NCBI GenBank assembly: GCA_040285825.1
Contig: JAUPSS010000003.1
Span: 2,232,001-2,296,000, forward strand
Direction: 5' to 3'
Length of the DNA: 64,000 nucleotides
From: Eukaryota sp. TZLM1-RC
Lineage: Eukaryota > Protista > Metamonada: BaSk clade
Shown here: positions 49,134 to 61,149 of the stretch, one piece after another
Layout: the number at the start of each line of letters is the position of its first letter
Numbering within the stretch: position 1 is the first letter of the stretch
Translations under genes and position numbers: made by a program
Notes under the pieces: model-generated
What the model was told of the DNA's origin: nothing
Databases searched by the model: none
What the model saw: only the letters and a program-made list of their open reading frames with translations

Positions 49134-51268
49134 GTGTATTCTCATTATATGACACCCACCCACTCTGTGTCATGTGTATTCACTCGGTCCTGTGCACCTA
49201 ACTCGCTGCTGACCCCTGCAGCGGTGCAACAAATTCGGACTGACCTTCCTTTGGTCACAGAGATTTGTCATGAAGCTTCTTTATTGCTTCAATCTTTACT
49301 TCTAAATTTTCCGTTGGCATCTACAACTTTAGTGGAACAGGATGTATAGTATCTGTTTATGACCGTCATCACCACTGGTTCTATTCCAAAGCCTTCCACA
49401 TCTAAAGGCCAACGCCAATTACCCCATATTTTTTACGGTGGATTTCTTTCTGAATGCCCACAAGACAGGTCTCTTGTTTCTTAATGTGAAAATTCTTGGG
49501 TGCCTTACAGAAATTCATTCAATTTTTTTCTCAATGCTTGGCAGCAGTTTCAGAATTGTAATTTTATCAATAGAAAAGGGCTTTCTCCTTACCTTGCGTG
49601 TCGGGCTCGTCAATTGGCGTCTAACGTGAAGACAAGTTTACCTAAAATTTGTCAATCCTGGACAAAACACTTTATTCGCGCTCATTGTAGAGCTCTAGAT
49701 AAAACAAATGTCTTTGCCAATAATATTCTCTCTCTTTTGCCAGATGAACCATTAGCCCAATTCGAAGAAGAAGTTGTTGATTCTGTTCTCGAACACTACA
49801 TCGATTTCAATCTGAAGAATTCAAGAGAAAGATTCTTTTTATTAAATGCATGTAAGTTTATCTTGAATATCCTTCAAAGATTTCCTACCACTGCTTCAAT
49901 ACGGTCCTCACATGATGAAATCACCTTTTCATCGAAGGAACTTGGTGAGCTTTTTTCTTTAATCTTAAAATTTCACGATACTTACTCACTTTCTTTTTTC
50001 ACATGCATTGCTGGAAGAAATTTAGAATAATACCTTTAGCTTTTCATAGAGGTTCTAAATTTCATGAAATACCTTCACATGTTTTCCACTCTGTGAAATA
50101 ATTTCCACTTATTGAAGGATTATCTTCCAAAACAAAGTTTATCAAAAATACATGTCTGAAACGAATATTCCAAAAATGTCCTCACCAAAAATTAAATATC
50201 AGCAGAAAAAGTTTGACAATAGATTTACAAAAATTGTATTGAAAACTATTGGTAATGAACTGCTTTTGATCTCTAAAGGTAAAAATAATGACTCAGAAAG
50301 CACAGATGAGCTGGATGAACCACCGAAAAAGAAACAAAGATTGAAAAAAGAAATGAAAAGTGACCCTGATGCCAACAAAACCAGATTGACCGTCCCTATC
50401 TGACCTCGCTGTTCGAAGAAGACAGCGGGATATGTATGTTCTTCCGCGAATTGGAAGTGTATCAGTTTGTCACTGATAACACTAAAGTGGTTTTTTCAAG
50501 AATCTCGACGGGTCCTTTTATTTTGAATTCCTTAAAGTTGTATGAACCTAGGGAAAATATTTCTCATAGTGTGTTGCTCAACTATTTGAAGGTCCTGAAC
50601 AATTCTGCTTCCTATGAAACTTTCAACGAGACGGTATCTCGGTTGAAAATGACACGTAAAAATTATAAGTACTGGAAAAAGAACGAACATACACCTGAAG
50701 CTCTCTGAAGGTGATGAAAAAGGCTGACCGAAAAGCACTATTCAATTCTGTGTTGATAAAACAATTTACTAATGGTATTGCTCTTGTTGAATCTTTTGTC
50801 TCTCGTATCAATGACCAATTGATTCTTGATTTTAAAACTCTTGTGCAGAATGCTACTGATAAAATTGTTGATCATAATAGATTAGGTTTGGTAAGGATCC
50901 ACATTAGCTACAAATACCCATTCAGTTTGCCAGAGATACAGAAATTGCTGCCAAACTTACTGTAAATGTCGTTAGACAGTTGTGTAAATGCCCCTTTTCG
51001 CAATAATAATGTCCAAAATTACGATACCAAAAGAGTCGCCATTGTTCAAAGTATTATAGAACTAGAAAATGTGAACACTGCTCTCTATGCTGTTAATGAA
51101 ACAGAGTCCAGTAGCTGTGCTGACTCATGCCTTGCAAACTTGTTGAATGTCCATGGTAGTGATTCCCCATATGAAGAGCCGTATGGACTTGTACTCCATC
51201 TTTTAACAAAGAATTCGCCATCATCAAAGAGGATAGATGAAGAAGGGGTGTTGTTAGATGTTGAATAA
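49134..51268 (+). pseudogene. Degraded long reading frame(s), probably transposon cargo; N-part weakly Fanzor1-like
   Basis: 49134-50030 is one frame broken by two stops; further ORF pieces 50152-51268. Confidence 0.35.
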
Positions 51269-51868
51269 CATCAAATCACGTATGATGACGTGGTAATTTT
51301 GCTTTCATTAATTAATTAAGCTGTTTCTTTGGTCACAACAGTGGAACCCAACATAACCATTAACACAATAGATATTTTTGAATGTGTAATATATCAGGCA
51401 CAAATAATAAACAATAATAATAGATAATAATAGATATATTAGTGGAAACAGAATGTTTGCATTTATGACTCTATATAGTATTACATCATATGCAGCTCGG
51501 AATATACATGAAACCACAAGAGTGAGAAAACAAAAATCTGATCAATAGTAAAACCAAAACCCCATTCAAGAGAAAACAAGTGTCTAAACCCTTGATTCTA
51601 AATGTTGTGAAATGAGAAACATCCCTCAAACAACATCTTAATTACGCGTGAATTGATGATTGATATTTCTCCACAGAATTAAGTACATTGGACAGGGAAT
51701 GAAGAATGTTATATGAAACAAGAACATCGAAGGCTTGTTGCATTGTTGGGAGGGAGGTTGGTTGTTAAGTCCTTCGTCGAATGTTGCGAATTTCGAAATA
51801 ACCTCCCGGATTGCAAATTGAATTGTTTCGTGATTAAGCGAAAGACGTACTTTGTTAAAAATGATTTA

Positions 51869-54259
51869 TTAAAAACGAATTTCAAGGGAAGACCGACTAG
51901 ACGCCATTTGTTCAAGCATAGCCTTTACTGAACCTCCGATATGGGTTTTCCGAAGATCTAAAGTGGTAAGTGTTCGATTGTATTGAAGAGCATCAGCAAT
52001 GGAAGAACCTCCTTCATCACCAATACGTGTATTGTTCATGAGATTCAAATTCGTCAGTGTTTGATTAGATTGAAGAGCACGAGCAATAGCACAAGCACCT
52101 CTATTTCCAATCATATTACCATATAGATCTAAATTGGTCAGTGCTTGATTAGATTGAAGAGCACGAGCTACTGCAGAAGCACCTTGATCACCAATTCTGT
52201 TATTCCATAGATCCAGTGCAGTTAGTGAGTGGTTGGTTTCAAGAAGTTTAGCGATTGAAAAGGCACCTACTTTACTGATCTGATTGTACCGAAGATCCAA
52301 ACTGGTAATTGTTTGATTAGATTGAAGAGCACCAGCAATGTCAGAAGCTCCCTGATCACTGATCTTATTGTTCTGAAGATCCAAACTGGTGAGGGTTGTA
52401 TTAGATTGAAGCGCGAGAGCGATGTTAGAAGCTCCCTCGTCACTAATCTGATTCTTCCGAAGACTCAGACTGGTGATTGACTGATGAGATTTAATTGCAA
52501 GAGCGATTTCAGAAGCTCCTTTGTCACCAATATTATTGTTCCGAAAATCCAAATTGGTGAGCGCTGTATTAGCTGCAAGAGCACGAGCAATGGAAGAGGC
52601 ACCTTCACCACCAATGCTATTACTGCTCAGATTCAAAACAGTGAGTGTTTGATTAGATTCAAGAGCATGGGCAAGTACAGAAGCACCTTTATTACCGATG
52701 CAATTGTTCCGAAGAATCAATGTGGTAAGGGTTCGATTTGATACAAGAGCATGGGCGATAGCAGAAGCACCTTTATCACCAATTTGGTTTCTCATCAGAT
52801 TCAAACTGACAAGGGTTCCATTTGATCCAAGAGCATGGGCGATAGCAGAAGCTCCTTTATCAGTGATCGATTTACCAGAAAGATCCAAAATAGTTATCGA
52901 ACCATCAACAATACCCTCAATACTTTTTTTAACTACATCCTTCAACTCATTCCAGTTGACGATTGATTTAATCTCATTTAATACTCTTTCCTTAGAGGGG
53001 GCGTCACCTTTAATATTCAAATCCAATGGACCTTTAACTCTGGAATTGACTAGCTGTGACTCTAATTCAACGATTCGTCTTTGCAATTCAGAATTTGTAG
53101 ATTTAAGAGTGACAATTTGCGTAGCTTGTTTGTCAACAATAGCCTTACTAGCAATCAAATCTTGCTCCAATTGAGAAACATTAGCACCGATGGCGACCTT
53201 CTCTTCTTCTAAATCAGCTATTATTGCAGATTGAGCTGTGATGTCAGATTTGAGTTGGCTTTCTGATGAAGAAGGTGAATTGTCAGATAAATGTAACATT
53301 TTTGTTGATAAATCGACAAAACACAACTTGGAAAGTAAATTAACTCCATCAGTAAGATCCTCACCATTCTTGCTCCATTCTTCATACAACTTAACTATTT
53401 CAGATTTAAAGGCTTCACAAGCTTTTAAGTGATTTTCAAATTCCATTTCAAGCCTATTTTTCAATTTTTGGTTGAACCCTGTACCACTTTCAGTTTCAGA
53501 ATGTGAATTAATCATTTCATTGCAGAGTTTAGCATACAGATTTACGTAGTGAGGTTGATGTGTGATTGCCTTAACCAAACTATCAGTGAACTCGTCCAAA
53601 AGAACATTAACTTGGTCATCATTAAGAGCTTTGCTAACTGTTGATTTTCTAGAAAAGATTTCAGTAATCTCCTCAATGATTTTGTCCTTATTGGCACCAG
53701 AAAGCTTGTTCAAAAGCTCTCTACACCGTTTGTTGGCTTCGATACAGGCATCGCTCGGCTGCTTCACTTCTTCGTTTTGAGTAACAACACCATGATCATC
53801 AGCATTGTTGAGTAAGGGCTGGCTGACTAGATCGGACTCAGATGGGCGAGTACGAGACCTTGGTCTTCTACGTCTGGAGTTTGCTCTGGCATTTGCAGAT
53901 CTTTTGTTTCTAGTGCAGTTCTGAATAATGCTATTGTGTACAGAAACCATCTCTAGCAACTGGCTAGTTAGTTCATTATGTCCTGGACATTTATCTTTCA
54001 GACTCATAAGTTCTTGTTTGGAATACTGAATTGCTCCAGATTTCAATTGATGATCTTGCATAGTCAAGTAAATAAGATCTTCGTCGCTACTAGTTTCAGT
54101 ATCACTATCATCAGAAACAACATGAGACTGTACTGAAGCAAATGACCTGTGTATTACTTGGGGTTTCTGCTGAGTCTGGTTTGCTCCATGAAGTGGGAAT
54201 ATTTGTGATGGTTCTTCCCCGGAGGTGCAAGTGCGATCAAGCTTGTTAAACTTCTTCAT
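51869..54259 (-). CDS. eIF4G-like N-terminus (eIF4E-binding motif, Arg-rich patch, partial MIF4G) + coiled coil + RI/NLRC3-type LRR protein
   Basis: YSKQELM (YxxxxL-phi); RELLNKLS..QPHYVNLYAKLC..F..KL..EFE; ~12 28-residue LRRs (LTxLxLxxNxIGDxGASxIAxAL). Confidence 0.85.
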   Translation of the reverse strand: MKKFNKLDRTCTSGEEPSQIFPLHGANQTQQKPQVIHRSFASVQSHVVSDDSDTETSSDEDLIYLTMQDHQLKSGAIQYSKQELMSLKDKCPGHNELTSQLLEMVSVHNSIIQNCTRNKRSANARANSRRRRPRSRTRPSESDLVSQPLLNNADDHGVVTQNEEVKQPSDACIEANKRCRELLNKLSGANKDKIIEEITEIFSRKSTVSKALNDDQVNVLLDEFTDSLVKAITHQPHYVNLYAKLCNEMINSHSETESGTGFNQKLKNRLEMEFENHLKACEAFKSEIVKLYEEWSKNGEDLTDGVNLLSKLCFVDLSTKMLHLSDNSPSSSESQLKSDITAQSAIIADLEEEKVAIGANVSQLEQDLIASKAIVDKQATQIVTLKSTNSELQRRIVELESQLVNSRVKGPLDLNIKGDAPSKERVLNEIKSIVNWNELKDVVKKSIEGIVDGSITILDLSGKSITDKGASAIAHALGSNGTLVSLNLMRNQIGDKGASAIAHALVSNRTLTTLILRNNCIGNKGASVLAHALESNQTLTVLNLSSNSIGGEGASSIARALAANTALTNLDFRNNNIGDKGASEIALAIKSHQSITSLSLRKNQISDEGASNIALALQSNTTLTSLDLQNNKISDQGASDIAGALQSNQTITSLDLRYNQISKVGAFSIAKLLETNHSLTALDLWNNRIGDQGASAVARALQSNQALTNLDLYGNMIGNRGACAIARALQSNQTLTNLNLMNNTRIGDEGGSSIADALQYNRTLTTLDLRKTHIGGSVKAMLEQMASSRSSLEIRF

Positions 54260-55621
54260 TGTTTTTGAAGATACTAAAGGAAAGATTGATGATTGAGATC
54301 AGAAAATCTGAAATGAAAAGTTCACCATTCCAATCATCACTTGTTTCAACGAATGATTGGGTGATTAGGGTTCACTTCGAATTTCTGTTTCCTAAATACA
54401 TAGTGATGTTGACGCAAGGTCGCAAAATTCTTAATTTGACCTTCTGACCAATGGCTGTTTGTTCATTTCAAGAAATGCTGTTGCCACAATATGGAGTTAT
54501 TGAGAACGTTGATGTAAAACCATAACCCAATTTTGTGTCAAAATATTAAATTTAGAGAATTTGAAAAATGTTGTTTGTTTCGAATAACAGATTTTTTCTA
54601 TTTTTTCCTGAACTTTTTTTATTAATTTTAATTTTGTTCAAAACCTAGAAAACAACATCTAAAAAATCCATCTCTCTCAAAACAAAAACACTAGATGCAA
54701 CTCTCTCATAGTGAGAACCATGAGAAAGCACAGCATCAGAAACCATCTTCAACATCCCCTTATAAATAGAAAACACAATTCTATTTTGCCAAAACAATCT
54801 GTTGAAACTTCTGTTAGTTCTTCTTTTCACAATCATTTCAAAATCTGCCAAAAAACGTAGAGCCGTTGGAGCAAGTGAACCAATAAGAGAAAATACAAAT
54901 GGATACATATTGTATTTTGCATGCTGTTGGCTGGACAATTTGGACAACAGTTCATTGTATTTTTTGAATTTAAAATTTTCAGCATTTGAAACAGGATTAT
55001 GAATTTCAGAATTAACAAGCCTTTCATTTGAGGCATTACAAGGATCAACCGACATTACATCCAATAAAATGAAGCTTTCATTTATTTAATCCAGTTAACA
55101 TTACATCACCTCTATTATTCTTTTGAAAATCATCTTCCGTATCAAACAGATTTGACAACAGAGGTTCCAATAAGGATTCAATTCCATGAGACCTACACAT
55201 ACAATATCATCTCTTACAGCATCATGAACTTTGCTTCTAAAAGTAATACAATGTTTACAATTTAACAAATGAGTAATTTCGCGCGAACATTTACAGATTA
55301 AATTATGGGGGAAATTATCAGGCCTGACAAAGGAACGAAATCTCATATTCAAAGTTCAAGCAGAATTAGTTAAGAGAGTAACATAAACTTGAGGAATTGT
55401 TGTTTCACACATATCTTGTAAAAGATTTGCAAAAGCGGGATTCTTTTTCTTGGCCAAGCCAAGTCTAACATCAAAATCCAAGGTTTCAAAAATCTTTGAC
55501 AATTTTTGTTGAAGCTTCATACAGCAAAACTGTAAATTAAAATGAGATCGGTTTGAAGTTTCTTGAATTTATTGAGGATAACTTTTGGTCCAAATTTGTG
55601 GTGGTAATTTTTCAAGTTCAC

Positions 55622-56724
55622 TGTTGTTGTTGAACTCAAATTGAATTAGTAGGTTTCTTTGTATTTCGACTGATGACGTGATACTCATTTATAAATCAGT
55701 TTTATTAATAAACAACAGATTTCTCTCTCTCCTTCGTGTGTTCATCTGCCTAACGGCATCAATAATTATTGGCCCTTCTTATTTCAGATGACTGTTCCTT
55801 CTGTCAACCTCCCGTCTCTTTCTTCCATGAAAGTTGAAAGTGTTCTCTTGTTCCTACAAGAGTGGAAGATCTATTCTTCTGTGACTTCTAAGAAAGAGCT
55901 TGTTCCAGCAAGACTCTTGGTCGATTCTTGTCTGTTAGAGTCCCTATCTCTCCAGAAATCCGACGTCTCTTCCAGTGACGATGTTCTTCTTAGACATCTT
56001 CAATCTGTCGTATCGTTCGCCACGTACGAAGATTTTAGTCTGGCTATGTCAGAACTGAAGCTTGATGTCCGTATTGGTGACGTCCGAGAACGTATGTCCT
56101 GTTACCTGCGACGTTTCCTCCAGGTAAAGAGTAGGGCTTCCGGACTGAAGTTACCAGACACAGCTTTTCTGAATCGATTTGCCAGAGGAATTTTTCCCGT
56201 AGGTCTTCAACGTTCTCTACTAGCGAGAATTCGAGATGATGTATTCCCAGATCTTCACTCTCTTGTCGAAACCACTACTGATGAGCTGTTGGACTGCTCT
56301 AGGGTTGCTTCATGGACTCGTGGTTTCAAAACCTCAGTGAATGATGTGGAACGTACGGCTGGCACTAAAACGAGGTCCTCTTGGCGCTCTCAGGATTTAA
56401 AAAATCAATCGTGCTTCAAGTGCCACAAGCCTGGACACATCTCCCGTGATTGTCCATCTAAAATCAAACATGAGGTAAATTATTTGTGTCACACAAACGA
56501 TGCACCAAAGAGTTTAACAAACCCAATATCTTCCCTCTATTGAGCCAGTACTGTATTTGTCCTCAGAAAAGTGGGAAAAAGTAGTGTTGTTGTTGAACTC
56601 AAATTGAATTAGTAGGTTTCTTTGTATTTCGACTGATGACGTGATACTCATTTATGAATCAGTTTTATTAATAAACAACAGATTTCTCTCTCTCCTTCGT
56701 GTGTTCATCTGCCTAACGGCATCA
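55622..56724 (+). mobile_element. Gag-only LTR retroelement (LTR family 1), 1103 bp
   Basis: 140-bp LTRs 55622-55761 and 56585-56724 (TG..CA, 1 mismatch), TSD TCAC, PPT agaaaagtgggaaaaagtag. Confidence 0.95.
55788..56543 (+). CDS. gag: Gag-like protein with CCHC zinc knuckle
   Basis: Intact 251-aa ORF, CFKCHKPGHISRDC, located between the LTRs. Confidence 0.88.
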   Translation: MTVPSVNLPSLSSMKVESVLLFLQEWKIYSSVTSKKELVPARLLVDSCLLESLSLQKSDVSSSDDVLLRHLQSVVSFATYEDFSLAMSELKLDVRIGDVRERMSCYLRRFLQVKSRASGLKLPDTAFLNRFARGIFPVGLQRSLLARIRDDVFPDLHSLVETTTDELLDCSRVASWTRGFKTSVNDVERTAGTKTRSSWRSQDLKNQSCFKCHKPGHISRDCPSKIKHEVNYLCHTNDAPKSLTNPISSLY

Positions 56725-57396
56725 TCACAAGATTACTCATTCAAATATGGACTGCAACTGGGAACTAGCAGATGAGAATCATTAGGAAATCATCGAGAAA
56801 ATTCATAAATAAATTTTTGCCACCACCCAAGAAAGCTGATTGACACAAAATTGAAGATTTAAATCAAAAACCACCCATATTTGCTGAAGAAAATAAGTGA
56901 CTCTTCAACATTGCTGGTTCTATATCCAATAAATCAGCAAACAATTCTGTTCTCAATGAATTAAAACGACAAAAATCTAATGCGATGCCAAGAGCACAAG
57001 ATCTCCAAATATGGGTTATTCTCCCAGTGTAACAAATTTTAAGCATGAAACATTTAATATGTTTTTCTAAAGAAGAAATTGAATCAAGTTCAGTTTTCAT
57101 TTTTTCCGATATCACTTGCAATTCATTCTGAATTTGAGGCACGTTTCCTAACCAACAACCAAGGAACTTAAAAGCATCACTACTATAATTAGTAAAGGGG
57201 ACAATAGAATCGTTTATCACGAGATTTTGAGCAGAAGAGCCAATGAGAAGGCATTTGCTCAATTTAGATGAAGCCCAATATTTTCATCTGAATCGGCAAT
57301 TTCTTGAGCAACCAATACTAGTAAGTCAAATAAACCAATCAAGGATATATCATCCATATAAGCAACCATTTTTATAGAAGGGTAGTTTTGTGAAAT

Positions 57397-58812
57397 TGTT
57401 GCCTAAAGTCTATTGTAGTAAAGAAAAGTCAATGAGGAAAAGTTGATTTATTTTCTAATCATAACATATAAGCCTTAGGGCGCCAACACTGCTTCTTCCC
57501 TTTTTCAAAATAAATCAGCTTATATGAATATGAAACAAAACTATAACAAATAACTAAATAACTATAACTACTAAGAACTAAATACCAAATTCTGATGTTT
57601 TCTATTGTCTACAACTATCTTTGTAGTGATTGGGATTCGCACAAACACTGGTTTTACATTTTTAAGATCGACAATTGATGTACTATGACTCTCTTACATC
57701 AATGTTAGTATAGTGTAGTAAGCAATAACTGAAAAGGGCCTCGTTCCAAGATCTGTGTGTTTGAATACTTTGTTGTGTATGTTTTAATCGCTACATAAAG
57801 CGCTCTGCTTCTTCCCTTTTTCGTAAACGAGTAACGTGGTAGTGTCGTTTAGTAAAGGTATCATGGAATCGAAGAATGGATTCGCTAATGATCATGCAGG
57901 GTCTATGTTGGATCAAAGCAACAGTAAACGAAGTAACAAACTTCAGAAATTTGAAGGCGGCGTCTTTTGTTGTTAAAGTACTGGCTTTACGACTAAAAAT
58001 ATCAGAGGAACAAAGACCGTATCTTTGCATTTTAGTACAATAACAGTGGAGGTGGAGTTTCTACTCGTAACCTCGTTTTTGGTCGACTTCTCTTGTGTTT
58101 GGCTCCATAAGGAAGAGAGCTGCTCGAATGAATAAAAGTCCATTGATTCGAGGTAAGGCTCTGTGTCCTTGTTAGGAGGATCCATCACTGGAGTCATCTT
58201 CTCCTTCCATCTCATCAAATTTAGATTATGTGAATTTCTTCATATTCTCCTAATGCAGAAGACGTGTCTAAGGTGGGATTTCCATCCGTTCCCTTTGAGA
58301 CAGGTTCTACAATTGGGAGGGGAGAGAGAGCCAGGTCCGTTCTCGTTACCTCTTCCATTGCTTTGAGGGGAGAGGGAACCGGGTCCGTTCTCGTTACCTC
58401 ATCTGTTTCTTCTTTTCTTTTGAGGGGAGAGGGAGCCGGGTCCGTTCTCGTTACCTCTTCTGTTGCTGAAGATGGAGGGACCTCGTCCACTCTTTCATCT
58501 TCTTCTACTTTAAGGGAGGGGGAGGTGGGATCCGGGTCCGTTGCCTCGTTACCCTCTATATCATGTATATGTGACGCTGGTACCTGCTGCATATTAAGTG
58601 GGGGATTAGAGTCAGAGATATCTGGTTGGAAGATGTCTGACATGCTGTAAAGTGTCTGGAGATGTTCACTAATGCTGGAGTTATGGTATACCTTTTGACT
58701 TTAAAATGGCCAATAATTATTGTTGCCTAAAGTCTATTGTAGTAAAGAAAAGTCAATGAGGAAAAGTTGATTTATTTTCTAATCATAACATATAAGCCTT
58801 AGGGCGCCAACA
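57397..58812 (-). mobile_element. Non-autonomous LTR element (LTR family 2), 1416 bp, degenerate gag-like interior
   Basis: Identical 92-bp LTRs 57397-57488 and 58721-58812, TSD AAAT, PPT gaaaaagggaagaagcag, terminal CKTSVCANPNHYKDSC knuckle remnant. Confidence 0.92.
58315..58550 (-). repeat. Imperfect tandem repeat encoding EEVTRTDP-x-PSPL inside LTR family 2 element
   Basis: Four related units (gggtccgttctcgttacctc core on + strand). Confidence 0.85.
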
Positions 58813-60019
58813 AAATACTAAACAAAACAATAATGGGCCTAAAGGATCACCTTGTTTCACACCAGAAGATAATATTAGACCAGATAAAGTAAATATTAAA
58901 TCTAATTCTTTACCATAAAAAGGGTAGAAAAAACTTGATAGCTCAGGAAAATCAGATTTAATTACTTCAAAAATTGCTTTTCGCTTTACAGAATTAAAAG
59001 TATTTTTAAGGTCAAGATTAAAAATAAAGTTATTTTTCTCTGCATTAAAAAAGTATCAGAGGCAATAGCAGCAACAGAAACACCATCAATTGTTTTGATT
59101 CCAAATTGATGAGGATTCAAAAATGTAGAAGTATTGTCTTTTACACGATCGAAGACAATAAAAGCTAATAAACGAGACAAAGATTCACCAACAACAATTG
59201 GGCGTATTCCATCAGGTTTAATTCCATTTATGGCTTTACTAATGCAATCAGACGTGCAGCAAGTAATTCAAAAGGAGGATTAATTTCCAAAACAATTAAT
59301 TGCTGAAAATAATGGGCTAGGTCATCAGCAATTTCGAGAGTACTGCAACACGCTATTTTTAACAGATCAAAAGAAATTCCAGATGGGCCTGCTGCTTTTC
59401 CCTTTCCTTTTGGTAATTTTTGAATAGCTTTAAGAATTTCAATTGCAGTAATAGGATTATCAATCCAAAAAGGACATACATCAGGCTTGCTGCACTTGAA
59501 ATTTGCTTGAGGATGCAACGTTTGAAGTTTTTCAAGGAAAACAGAATTTGTATCAGCCAAAGAATAACAGATTTAACATTGTGATTATTCAAGTAGTTAC
59601 TCAAAGGTTATCCAAAGTTCTAATTGAGAATGCAAGTTAAATAACACAGGAAATTCACAGTTGTATCTAAAACAGGGCCATTCCATTAATATGTGGAGGA
59701 TCTTCATTTTCCACTTTTTCTTTATTTTTTTGGTGTATTGTTGTCAAAAGGCTTCAAAAGTTTGCATTAATTGAGGTGTTTTTCTCAAGAAAAATACAAA
59801 CGGTAAAACTGCTGATCGATGCTTGAAATGCCGAATACCATCCTTCCATAAAAAATACCTCAAGAAATTCATCCATCGAAATGTAATGAATTTGCCTTCG
59901 TTTTGAAAATTTTTTGGGATCAGTTATGTAAGGAAAAAATGCTATCAATATTCTTTGGGAATTTTGTGGTTTTGTTTGTGGTCCTTTCGAACAAAATTTT
60001 GTAAACAATTCTAAAAATT

Positions 60020-60221
60020 TTAATTTATTGAATTTGCACACTTGATTAAATTAAATCATAACTAATGGGACGACTATCATTAAACCAAGATTTCCTCTAC
60101 AAAATCTTGATTTGCTTGCTGTCTAGCTAAAGCTTCTCTAATTCGATTGAAAAACCGCGGTAATCTATTAATAATGGCAAATTGAATCCGTGAACGCCAT
60201 AAAAAAATATCAAATCTTTTC
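60020..60221 (-). mobile_element. Young 5'-truncated family D insertion with 12-bp TSD
   Basis: Nearly identical to 36126-36325; flanked by ATTCTAAAAATT at 60008-60019 and 60222-60233. Confidence 0.9.
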
Positions 60222-60289
60222 ATTCTAAAAATTCAACTAATATAGCACCGAGAAAACATTCATTTGAGAAATTGAGCATAATTTTTTGA

Positions 60290-60904
60290 CGACAAATGCT
60301 TTGATAAAAACTGGTCTAGGGCTTTGTCAGCTTTAGGTCCGGAAGTGAAAGCGCCCAACAATCAAAATACTAAGCTAAAAATACTTCATCCCTTGGAAGA
60401 CCCTATAATGGATCAACAATTTTACGGAACTCACTGGGAAATTATCCATTGATGGCATTAGAAGTGTTTTCGGTGATAAAAAAGAGAGCACGTGGTAAAT
60501 CTGCAGGACTTTCTGGTGTCTTTATTGATCATGTAAAAGCGGTAATTATTTCTTTAGAGGATTGTTTTGTTTTATTAACCAAATTTTTAACAAAATATTG
60601 ACTGTTCAACTCAAATACCCAGAAGAATTAAGAAGTTCTTGTTTGACTACACTTGTCAAAAATTCAAAAGTGGATGCTCGTCCTATTGCAGTTTCTGAGA
60701 GCTTACAAAATGTTTTTTTCTGCGTGTTGCTTGAGCAGATTCAATGAGAAAGCAACAAATATTTTATTACCCTTTCAATATGGAATTAATACAACTGATG
60801 GAGTTTCTTCAGCGATATCTGCTACAGATGTATTATTTCCCTAAAATGAATCCAATGTTTGTATGTCATTGGATTTTAGTAATGCATTCAATTCACTCAG
60901 TCGT
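60290..60904 (+). mobile_element. Degenerate CRE-like RT fragment
   Basis: GKSAGLSG, ARPIAVSE, FQYGI, DFSNAFNS. Confidence 0.8.
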
Positions 60905-60906
60905 TG

Positions 60907-61115
60907 TGATGCCTGTGGGCTAGAGTAAGACATATGTATAGAGAGAGTAATTTATTACGACAAAATATGAGTATAGTAAATTTCAATACCATCATTAGTG
61001 AAGTGTCCACGAATGAACGACAAATAAACATTAAGCTAATATACAAGAATAAAGAGATAAGTCTCTACACTCTAATAGTGTAAAGACTAACACAACTTCT
61101 TCCCCTCCTTTCGAC
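60907..61115 (-). mobile_element. Probable 3' LTR plus PPT of a third LTR family
   Basis: Minus strand: PPT ggaggggaagaagt, then TG..~190 bp..ggcatca, interrupting the RT fragment right after NAFNS; no partner LTR. Confidence 0.55.
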
Positions 61116-61149
61116 TGTCTCCTCTGGCTCTTCTACAATTAAATACTCA

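Larger units (their letters stand above)
54645..59575 (-). mobile_element. Long CRE-like element, family A, interrupted by two LTR elements
   Basis: GKAAGPSG, RPIVVGE, QFGI, GVKQGDPLGP / YMDD, FLG, GGF / RLE; sequence is contiguous across both insertions once the TSDs are removed. Confidence 0.9.

Noticed and set aside
50380-50520. RuvC-I-like reading (VPI*P..ITLKWFFQES) that would complete a Fanzor
   Set aside because: Contains a stop and lacks the catalytic Asp; a different frame is the long open one, and no RuvC-II/III motifs follow.
52484-53780. Plus-strand ORFs overlapping the LRR gene, and similar antisense ORFs over the TEs and helicase
   Set aside because: Shadow frames of real minus/plus-strand coding sequence with no motifs of their own.
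58315-58550. CRISPR-like repeat-spacer array
   Set aside because: Units are imperfect in-frame coding repeats within an LTR element, no cas genes, eukaryotic context.
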